A model generated the notes under the pieces. That model saw only the letters and a program-made list of their open reading frames with translations. It did not search any database and was not told the origin of the DNA. Shown piece by piece: positions 1-10,429 of a stretch of 64,000 bases of DNA; the first letter of the stretch is position 1; every line of letters starts with the position of its first letter. The translations under genes and the position numbers were made by a program. This stretch comes from Minutocellus sp. GHC0000111. Lineage: Eukaryota. The stretch lies in contig OZ361258.1 of NCBI GenBank assembly GCA_977018835.1, positions 620,001-684,000 of the forward strand, given 5' to 3'.

Positions 1-750
1 CTCGGAGTGGAAAAGCAACCTCCGTAATCTCTTCAGCCGCAAATACTTCTTTTTCCTTGCTTTGCATTCATTATTCCCGGTAGCCCCCGCATCTGCGTCT
101 TCATCATCTCTTTCCTCATCTTCCTCGTTTGTTTCGGGCGCATGGGCAGAATGTTGTTCCTCCACAACAAAGGACGGGCCCATTGGAAGTAGTACTGCCG
201 ATACAATTCCCAAAAGTGCCACAAGCAAGGCAAATCCAACAAATGAATGCATTCGATTGTCGGTAATACTCGTCAGTGCAAGAAAGATGAGGCCACTGAC
301 CTGAAACGCTCCAGATAGCGAGGCCAAAATGGTTCCTGACTTGCTAAATTGGCCGGCCACCGGCTGCAAACAAAGCTGAGATCCCGATCCAAGACCAATT
401 AGGAACATGGACGAAGCAAGTGCCGCGACGTTGCTCGCATCGCTCAGGGCAATCCCAAGCGAACCACCGATGACGCATAACAGTGACACCAACGTCGTTC
501 GCTTCGTTCCGAATCGATCCCTGGCCAATCCAAAGAGAAATCTACCGCCCTGTGTACTCCATGCCCCTGCCGTATATATTGCGCCGAATTGCTCCTCGGA
601 TTGGGTACTTCCGCCTTCGACCAGATTCCGCCGTAGGGCCGGCCAACCGTAGACCAAGCCGGCACAAAGTGAGACGACGACGAACGCAAGAGCGAAGAGC
701 ACCCATTTCCGATTCCGACCGCATACTGGTGCCGCCAGTGGCATGGTCAT
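1..750 (-). CDS. MFS transporter, SLC43/LAT3-like; N-terminal part only (runs off the window start)
   Basis: Not in the ORF track. Manual translation from ATG at 750 is open to base 1: MTMPLAAPVCGRNRKWVLFALAFVVVSLCAGLVYGWPAL...GRFLFGLARDRFGTK...LSGAFQVSGLIFL. Shows several TM helices, an MFS motif-A-like GxxxDRFGxK and a GxxxGW in TM1. Confidence 0.8.
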   Translation of the reverse strand, partial: MTMPLAAPVCGRNRKWVLFALAFVVVSLCAGLVYGWPALRRNLVEGGSTQSEEQFGAIYTAGAWSTQGGRFLFGLARDRFGTKRTTLVSLLCVIGGSLGIALSDASNVAALASSMFLIGLGSGSQLCLQPVAGQFSKSGTILASLSGAFQVSGLIFLALTSITDNRMHSFVGFALLVALLGIVSAVLLPMGPSFVVEEQHSAHAPETNEEDEERDDEDADAGATGNNECKARKKKYLRLKRLRRLLFHSE

Positions 751-1069
751 TTGTTATAAATACGAATAGCGATAGCAGGAGCCGCCAGCCATCGCCATCG
801 TTGGCACAAGCTTGGCTGCGATGGAAACCTGCTTACCGCACCATCGGTGCCTGGAGTTTGGCTGAGGGAGCTGATCGCCAAGCGGTTCTCTCAACTACTA
901 CGCTCGTACTTTTCCTTTGCTGGCTCCCTGGAGTCGAGTGGTCGGCCGTCATCGTCACCAGTCTGCAAGTCCTATTTTCGACTGCTGAGAGAATCTCTTC
1001 GTACGTATTCTACGAGGCTACGTACCAATGGTAGCAGTCAAATCCAGCATCCAGCCATATCATTTTGCC

Positions 1070-4000
1070 ATGATGCTTCGTTTCTCCGTTGCCGCCGGCC
1101 TCGTGGCCTGCTGGTCCGGAGCGGCTCTCATCTCTACCATGCACTTATGCCCAGCCGAAGCATTCTCGTCGCCAGCTGCGTTCCAGTCGTCGGCGTCGCT
1201 CCGAGCCGCCGTCGTCAACGGCAACCCCAGAAAATCCAAGCGTGTCACACCAAGCGTATCTTTTGGATCCTGGAACCCGAACCACCTTGTTCCCATCCAC
1301 TCCACTCTCTTTTCCTCTGTGTCCGACGAAAAGAGTCAGCATTCTACCGATGATGTGGTCAACCAGGAGGACTTCACCGCCGTCCTCAAGCAGACGTTCG
1401 AATCGACCGAGACCAACATGCTCCTCGGCCAGCCCATCCCGTACAACTATCTGACCATTGGAGTTATGAAGGAAACCTACAAGGGGGAGAATCGTGTCAG
1501 TCTCAGTCCCGACGCTGTCGCTCTCCTCACCAAGGCTGGATTGGACGTGGTGGTGGAATCGGGCGGTAAGTGAATGAAGATTTGTTGCGATGCGAATGAA
1601 AAATTGTGTCTTCTACTACTTTATATGCTCACGAGATTTATTTACTTATGCTTCATTTTCATACATATTGCATATTGCAATGCAGCTGGAGAGAATGCCT
1701 CCTTTAGTGACGGAGCCTACGTTGAGGCCGGTGCCATCGTCCTTCCCGGATCCGAGCAGATCGTTGCCCAGGCGGACGTCATCACCAAGATCCGCCCACC
1801 CGACATGACCAACGGGGAGCTGGAGAAGCTCGCCGGCAAGACGTTGGTGGGCATGGTGTCGCCGGCGATCAACACCGACCTGTACGACGCCCTGGCGGCC
1901 CAGAATACCAACGTCTTTGCATTGGACTGTGTTCCCCGAATGCTGAGCCGGGCTCAAACCTATGACGTGCTAAGTAGTCAAGCTAACATTGCAGGATACC
2001 GGGCCGTGGTGGAGGCGGCGGAAGAGTTTCCACGCTTCTTCGCAGGTCAAATGACCGCCGCTGGCAAGGTTCCACCTGCCAAGGTCTTGGTGCTTGGTGC
2101 CGGCGTGGCTGGATTGGCAGCTATCCAAACGGCAAAGAATATGGGCGCCATTGTCAGAGCGTTCGACGTCCGTCCTGTATGCAAGGAACAGGTTGAGAGT
2201 ATGGGAGCAACGTTTCTTGAGGTGGACATCGAGGAGGACGGCAGCGGCTCTGGCGGATATGCCAAGGAAATGTCCGATGAGTTCAAGACCGCTCAGGCTC
2301 AGCTCATGCTCGAACAAGCAAGTGATGTGGACATCATCATTACCACTGCCCTAATCCCAGGACGGAAAGCGCCCATTTTGGTCAACCAAGCGATGTTGAG
2401 TGTCATGGACCCTGGAAGCGTAGTGGTCGATTTGGCCGCTGCCAATGGTGGCAATGCAGAGCAGACCAAGCCAGATGAAATCGTCACAACGAGCAACGGA
2501 GTGAAGATCATTGGCTATACGGACTTGCCCTCGAGATTGGCCGCAACTGCAAGCAATCTGGTAAGCTCTTCGCCATTGCATTCTCCCTTATTTTTATTTT
2601 TATGTCGACTTATTGAAAATGTGCATGGTATAATTCTAACCTACCTTCGCCCATCTTCACCCTCTATATGCCCCCCTCTCAATAGTTTGGCAATAATGTC
2701 GCGAAATTCATCTTGTCTATTGGCCCCCAGACAACGGGAGAGAAGGGAGTCTTTCAGATTGATTTGGAGGATGATGCCGTCCAAAACATGTTGATTGCCT
2801 ACAACGGAGAGAAGCGATGGCCGGATAAGATTACGCCCTACTCCCCGCCGCCTCCGCCCAAAAAAGACCTCGAGGAAGTCGTTACAAAGTCAGAGGAGGA
2901 AATCATTGCAGAGAAAAATGCAGAACAAATCCAAAGTTTTGTCCAGAACACCTCCATCGCGACTCTAGCTGCCACGGCGCTTCTTGCATTTGGCATCACC
3001 TCTGATTCTCCCGATGCAGTCTCGCTTATGTCAACTTTTGCCTTGGCCGGACTGGCTGGTTATCAGGTAGTCTGGGGCGTCGCACCCGCTCTTCACTCCC
3101 CTCTAATGGCCGTGACAAATGCTATAAGTGGCATGACTGCCGTGGGTGGCATGGTTTTGCTGGCCCATGGCACCCAAGCCGAGGGGTTGATTCCCAACTC
3201 GCCGTCGCATTGGATGGGGGCTATTGCTACGATGCTCTCGTTTATCAACATCTCGGGTGGCTTTCTTGTGAGTGGCAAGATGCTGGATCTCTTCAAGCGG
3301 CCCGATGACCCCGAGGACTACTTCCAGCTCTATGCCATTCCCGCCGGTCTCCTTCTTTCCGGACTCGCGGGATCGGCATATGCTGGCCTGGGAGATCTCG
3401 GAATAGTCTCAGGATCCGTTGGTATTGCATCGGCCATCTGCTGCATCGCCGGAATTGCTGGCTTGGCCAATCAAGAAAGCGCTCGCACTGGCAACGTTCT
3501 TGGCATGGCTGGTGTTGGCTTCGGCCTTGCCGCAACCACTGCTGACATGTCCCTCGCGGGAGCAAGTGCCACGGCCTTTCAGCAAGTCGGACTGCTCGGA
3601 GGCGCTGGTTCTGCCATCGGTGCGGTTCTCGCTTCCGGCGTTGGCCCCACCGAGCTCCCTCAGACTGTGGCCGCATTTCATTCGCTCGTCGGTATCGCCG
3701 CCATGGCTGGTGCCGCGGGCGAATATCTGGGCAATGTCGGTGACCTCACCGCCTGCACTCTGTCCGCAATCTACCTTGCTATTTTTGTCGGCGGCATTAC
3801 TGCCACAGGCTCCATGGTCGCCTTTGGTAAATTGGCCGGCATGCTCAAGCCCAAGCCTCTGTCCCTCCCAGGACGGGATCAACTCAACCTTTCCATGCTC
3901 GCCCTGTGCGCTGGTGGAATGGCGGCCTTCCTCACCCCCTCTCTTGGTACCGACATTCTCAATATGGACCCTGAGACCTTGCGTCTCGCTAGTCTTGGCC

Positions 4001-4860
4001 TTGTTGCTGGCATTTCGTCCCTCCTCGGTCTTCACCTCACTGCCAGCATCGGTGGGGCCGACATGCCGGTTGTGATCACTGTGCTCAATAGCTACTCTGG
4101 TTGGGCTCTATGCGCCGAAGGCTTTCTTCTTGGGAATGCCCTCCTCGCCCAGATCGGTGCTTTGATTGGATTCTCTGGTGCCATTCTGACTTGGATTATG
4201 TGTGAGGCTATGGGCCGAGATGTTGTCTCTGTGATTCTAGGCGGCGCAGGCACCGATGCCCCCGCACCTGGGGGTTCCGACAATTCTCAGTTTGAAGGGA
4301 AGGAAGTGAAGATTGCTACCGTAGACAATGTGGGCGAGACGCTAGTTGAGGCCGAGAACATTGTCATTGTGCCAGGATATGGTCTTGCCGTGGCACAGGC
4401 GCAGTTTGCCGTCGCGGACATTGCCAAGAAGCTCAAGAGTTTTGGGAAAAATGTTCGCTTTGGCATCCACCCAGTTGCCGGACGCATGCCTGGTCAGCTC
4501 AATGTTTTGCTTGCCGAGGCCGGCGTTCCCTACGATTTGGTATATGAGATGGATGAGATCAACGATGACTTTGAAGATACCGATGTTGTTCTTGTCATTG
4601 GGGCTTCTGACACTGTCAGCAGCGCGGCTGAAGATGATCCAAACTGCTCCATTTACGGCATGCCTGTGTTGCGCGTGTGGAAGGCGAAGGAAGTCTTTGT
4701 CCTCAAGCGAAGCATTGGTAGCACAGGCTATACCGGCCTTGAAAATCCCATTCTCTACAACGATAACACCGAGGTTTTGCTCGGCGATGCCCATGACAGT
4801 TGCGAAGCCCTTCGTACCCATCTGAACGAGCTGTGCTCCATTGATTCTGATCTATGTTGA
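1070..4860 (+). CDS. NNT: Proton-translocating NAD(P) transhydrogenase, fused alpha-beta, 3 exons (1070-1565, 1686-2560, 2686-4860)
   Basis: Motifs [84 protein letters not shown] introns 1566-1685 and 2561-2685 rejoin VVESG-AGENA and [11 protein letters not shown] in frame. Alternative start at 1028. Confidence 0.96.
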
Positions 4861-5725
4861 AGATTCGGGGCAGCAATGATCCCTTCGCCCCTCCTCCTGC
4901 ATGGGTCTCGTCTCCCAAGCAAATCTACATGCCTGTTCGACTGAATAACTGTATAAAAATGAATGCATTGTTATGATGCTGTACGGCAGACATCTACACA
5001 TTCACACATGATACATGTTGCTCTGGTAACTTCCTGTCAGGACGGTACCTGTACCGCCGGTACTAGCTAGTAGGCCTACCTTTGCACCTTGCCTTGCCGC
5101 GTGCCCGAGGGAGACCGTACAGTACGTACGTAATTGGTCTGGCCGTGGTCAGGCGGGCTTTGCGCTTTGCAGGCGCCCATGGGTTTTATTTTTCCCATGC
5201 AGGCGCCAAAGTCTGCTTCTCCTTGCCTTGGCTTGACTGACTGGGCATGTGACAGGGCTTCAGGCCCCGGGCTGTGATGAGAGATAGATGGGAAAGTTGG
5301 AGCCGATTCTGTTTGGGAGAATGCCCTAGAGTCACCATGTGAGAGTGAGCTCGAGTATCGCCTCATTCCTTGAGTGATCATAATGTGTCGAGATCGAACA
5401 AACTTGCTTGAGCGAGCCACCCGCAAAGGCCTACTCATACGTTGCAACGTTCGAGGTGCAGGAATAGCCAGATGCATGTGCAAAGCCAGCTGAGCTCGTA
5501 AGCGATGGCGTTGCGAGTCTCCGTGATCATAACAAAGGACGAAAGCCATTCAGGCGGGAGTAAGGGGGAAAGTGGCTCCCAAAAGAGTTGAGTATCACCA
5601 GCCGCAACAGGATGAGTCTCCGAGAAGTTTGAGAACCATAAACAAGACAGTCTATTCGGAATCGAGCCGGGCGGAGAAATCTGCATCACGAGGAGAAATC
5701 TACAGCGTCATGCATCGGCATTGCA

Positions 5726-7280
5726 ATGCTAATGACAATGAGACCTCATTTATTATTTCAGAAGACGATACAACCTCATACGATTGGGCCACCGTCATAC
5801 CGTTCCAACATGATGGCATCTGATACCTTCACTGATATTCACACCGGGTTCGACGATGAATTTGACTATGAGCCCATCGATTTCCGTCTTCCGCCTGTAT
5901 CGTCGCCGACAAAGTCGCACTCGAATATTTACGAGTATATCTCTCCTCATCAATCGCAGCATCATCATCACCATCAGCACATCATGTACAATTGCGTAAG
6001 CGATATGCAATCTCAAGGTTACTATCCCTCTCCGATTGTTCGTAGACAAGATCCTGATGCCGAGATCGATAACGAGTCACCGCACTGCAATATCATTGGT
6101 GGCAATAATCAAACACAGCAAAACGACGAGCCGATGGATTGCTACATTGGTTATCCTCCCTCTAAAAGTCTTCCCTCTCCGCCCAAACTGTTATCGCAAT
6201 CGCGATATGGTTCGGCTGCGCCAGGACCAGGTGATATGGATCAGCGATGCCATCAAGTCGACCAGGGTGTTCGTTTCTTCCCATCTTACAAACCATCGCC
6301 ATCCGATCGGTGGAGTGACCACCCCTCACCTACGTTTTCGCAGATGGTCGTGGGAGTATCATCATCTTCACGATCGCCTCCTTCTAACTCAACCACGTCC
6401 CCATCCCAGTACTCTACAAGTGATATGGTGCAAGCCAAATGGAATGCACGATTCCCAGCAGTACTACAATCGGCTTATCGGCATGCCTTTCAGGAGTCGG
6501 ACATTGATTGGCCACGCGGTCAAGATGTAAGTTTGCAGCGCAGTCTTCACTCCTCTTGTAATGAAATCGAGGCCGGTAGCTCATCATCGATTTCACCACC
6601 AAGTTACAAAGATTATGGTGGCGCCACCATGCGCACATATCTCTCCAACATGCAATCTTCCAATTATAATGCCGTCCCCCAAACGACGTTGATTGCTACC
6701 TACAATGACATTGATGTTCTTTGTGGCCGTGGTGGAGCCACCAACAGCCACACTGGCAATAGAAAGTTTAGGAAGATTGTAGCCCTTCATAGAGAGAGGT
6801 ATCTGAGAGCAAAGAAGCGCGACAAACCAGCTTATGCGCAGCACGTTCTCGAGCTGGTTCGCAATCAAAGTCGATCAAAACCTTGCCGATTCCTCAAAAA
6901 GGACCTAAACAGCGGTATGTGGTATGACATTGGCGACGAGAAAGCAAGAGAAAAAGTCGCCCAAGCGTAAGTAAGAGTGCAGCTTTGACATTGCATCATC
7001 TATCATAATATTGTCTTCACATCAATGACCTCAAGGAACTTTGCATCTGATTTACTTGCTCTTACGACGTAGCCTGCGTGAAGGGGCGGCACAGCTGCGC
7101 CGGGATAGAAAACGGACCGCTACAGATAGTGGCGCGTCGAGAAGCAACAAGAAGCAAAAAAGGAAAATCGTGGAGATTGAAGTGGTAAAGGGGACCACTG
7201 GTAAGGATGAATGTGGTCTCCTCGGCACTCGGCCAGAAGGTAATCATATAAAAAAAAAATCCAAAAACCATCTCAAGTGA
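5726..7280 (+). CDS. DUF6824-type (DVLCGRGG) protein with low-complexity N-terminus, 2 exons
   Basis: DVLCGRGGATNSHTGNRKFR...RFLKKD...WYDIGDEKAREKVAQA. Intron 6967-7072 completes QALRE. Start could be 5810, and the true end may be 7500 (see findings). Confidence 0.85.
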
Positions 7281-7686
7281 CCCGTCCACTGTGGTGGTCG
7301 ATGAAAGACGAGATGACTCGGAAGGGCGTCTTCTTTCCATCCCCCCTCTCTCTTGTAGGGAAGGATCAGAAGAGATACCTATCCCATTGGGTTTGACCGA
7401 GGAGGAACGGAGCCTCTATTTGACGACCGTTTTGCCTCCTCGTTCTCAATTACACAGAGGTCCTCGCAGTGGTAAGCAAATAATTATCCGTGTCCGCTGA
7501 GCCCGATCTCTGCTGAGACTACGTATGAAAATACTGAATTATTTTTTATTACTTCGAGAGGCCGTTTGCAATCAATGCCTCTACACGATATGTTAAGTTA
7601 TGCTTTTAATCTTATTAGCTAGCTAGATCTAACAATCCGATTAGCTAGATCGAATCTACTTTACTTGTTGAAAAGTAGTGTTTACA

Positions 7687-10068
7687 TTACAAGCATGCAG
7701 TGCAACACGTGCAATTCACCGGAACTCCCTCAACGCAATCTGCCTCGAGACGCTCCAGTTCTCCTCGTGCACCAAATAGGTCGCAAACTTCAGTTGGCAC
7801 GGTTCCCTCGAGATTATTTTGCTGTAGTAGCAAGCTCCGCAGGTTGAGAAATTCCCCGAATGAAGGGGAAATATCGCCTGAGAACGAATTTTCATTCAGC
7901 CATAGATGGGACAATTGCCGCGACGATGACGATGCCTGGACCACTCAATCGATTGGAACTCAAATAACACTCGACAACGAAGGCATGTCGAACAAGGCGT
8001 CTGGGAGACCTCCAGTCAGCGAGTTGGATGACAAATCAAGATGAGATAATAAGGATAGAGAAGTTAGCGTGGTCGGGATTGTGCTTGTAAGTTGGTTCTC
8101 GTAGAGAAGAAGCTGTTCTAGATGGCCAAAATTGGCAAGCCGACCCGGCAGAGGACCCGTCAATTGGCATCGGTGGGCCCAGAGATGTTTCAATTTGTAT
8201 TCTTCTCCATTCTCTCCTCGTGGCACAGAGCCTGAAAGACGGTTCTGGTTCAAATACAAGAACTCCAACTGTGACGACAGGGGAGGGATCGATCCCGTGA
8301 AGAAGTTGTTCCCAAGATCAAGGTACGTTAGTTCGGGTAAAGTCATCAACGATGCCGGGATCGTTCCAAATACGTCATTGTCAAACATCGATAGATCCTC
8401 CATCGCCTCAAGTTTTCCGATTTCATCTGGTATGGTACCCATGAGGCCAACGTTGGACAGGTCGATCGAAACAACGACTTCTTCGCCATTATTTGCATTT
8501 TCGTTGGTTTGGGGTTTGCAACTGATGCCGAACCATCGACATTCATGGTGGGCACTAAGGAAAGGCTTGATGTCGGCGGATGTGGTAGAAACAGTGCTGA
8601 GGTAGTCGTAAAATGGATCATTCGTAACACCATTACTCGCTTCATTTCCTTTGCCGCCCATGCTAAAGTATAACACGCCCAGAACAAACCGCTGGATATA
8701 TCGCCTCGCTGTTACCAAATTCCGAGCATCGCTTTGTTGGGGCTGTCCGACATCAAGTTCAAGATTCGCCTCGTCCCACGTGGTTATCCACTCGTAGGCG
8801 AGTTTTTGAGGTGTGCTGATGTTTGCATCATCGTCAATTGCTGTTGAGGTGTCTGGTGATATCGACCGCAGTAATGCATCCGCTGCTGCCAACATCTCAT
8901 TTCGGTAGGGATCTATTGTGGGAGCTGAGGTAGGTACGGCAGGTAGCGACGAAAAATCTCCATCTACTAGAAGTTCCAACGTGGGAGCTTCCGTTGCAAA
9001 TTCATCGTCATCTGTCCCGCTCTTGGGCCCACTCACTGCATTTGTATTGTCACTGCTACTTCCGTTCTTACCGGATGAATTGATAAGATGGACGCTAACT
9101 CCAATAACAATGGCCAAAAAGTCAGAAAGAAGGGTAAAGCCCATCAAAAGCTGGGACCGAGAGCACCGACGCTTGGACTTGTCTTCACCATTTCGTTCGC
9201 CATTTGTATTGGTGCCATCTACCAACGCTCCATTCCCTCGAGCACCCGTTGCATATACCAAATGCTTCCTCGTTCCTCGGCCAGGACTTCTCCTCGGACT
9301 TGAATTGATTTTCGTAACTTGGACATGTTGGGAAAAGCTAACTTTCCTTGGACTCGTCGCACTTGCGTCAGCGTCAGCAATCCTACCGTCGCTGATACCA
9401 CTTAGGTCCACCCCTTCGCCTCCTTTACTACCTTCCATCCCATTGTATCGCTTAGTCCGAGCTGGACTTCGTGCTGGGCTGCTACCAGACAAACTTGCCA
9501 AACTGACCACTCCATCACTATCACTGGCCACTTCACCGGCTTCATTGTCCATGGAACTTATAGGATAATGCAAGCCTCCGCCATCAACATCGGCGTCACC
9601 GTCGAATTCCAGCGGTGGCAGCAGGTTGAGACTGGATCCATGTGAGTGGCTTTCGAGGCCGTCATCTCCCATATCGATTGCCAGAGTTGATGAGTGTCCA
9701 CTTTCTGATCCACTTCGACTTTCGCTGTTGGAATGCACCGAACCACCATTGGAAGCAGACTGCTGCTGCTGATGATGATTACGATGAGACGATGAATTCC
9801 TCGCTGGACTGCTGCTCATTCCCATTACGTGCCACCATCGCTTTAGACCACTGTTGCGTAGTCCGTCGGGCACGCCGTCATTCTCATCTTGCTCTGCGTG
9901 GCTACGCCCTCGAGAGGATGGTCTGAGTGCCGACGTCAAATTGGTCAGAGGGTCGGTAAGGTCCGACGACGAAATATGAGATGCAGGTGCCGAAGTTCGC
10001 GTCCCTCCACTGGTCTGCGAATGAAGGTCGGATTGCGTCTCCTCGGTAATGGGTTCCAGATATACCAT
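7687..10068 (-). CDS. Type-II membrane leucine-rich-repeat protein, locally frameshifted near 7945-7965
   Basis: Disordered N-terminus, one TM segment, TPQKLAYEW...QRFVLGVLYFS...ECRWFGISC cap, plant-type LRRs (LxLxxNxLxGxIP) and terminal CTCCTAC. ORFs 7960-10236 and 7687-7944 are in the same frame, separated by two TGA codons. Confidence 0.85.
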
Positions 10069-10429
10069 GACCAAAACTCTTTGGGTAAGAAAGGAGGCGA
10101 GGCCGAGAGGGTACGCAATGCTTGCCAATGGTGCACTGACTCGAGGGCCAAGAGGTTTTTTACATGCATGTATTTGTTTGGAAGCAAACGGCAGCAGGTC
10201 GTCCACGGGCGAGAGGGAGGTCGTCGATCGTACCAACTAGCTAGAGTCGAGTAAGTCAAATCGGCCCTCCTACGGCCTCTTCAGTCGTACCGGTAGATCT
10301 ACCGTGAAGGGTACCTACGTAGCTAGCTAGATACCGGTAGACCTTTGCATTGCATAGATGAGTGTTTCAATTAAAATCTAAGTATGCAAAATGCAATAAT
10401 CTAAAAAGTACCGGTACAAGCCAAACAAT

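Noticed and set aside
4900..5700. ORFs 5076-5549 and 5435-5689
   Set aside because: No recognisable motifs or coding-like composition; probably upstream regulatory sequence of the DUF6824 gene.
7945..7962. Selenocysteine TGA codons in the LRR gene
   Set aside because: The shifted frame restores the LRR consensus, so indels explain the stops better.
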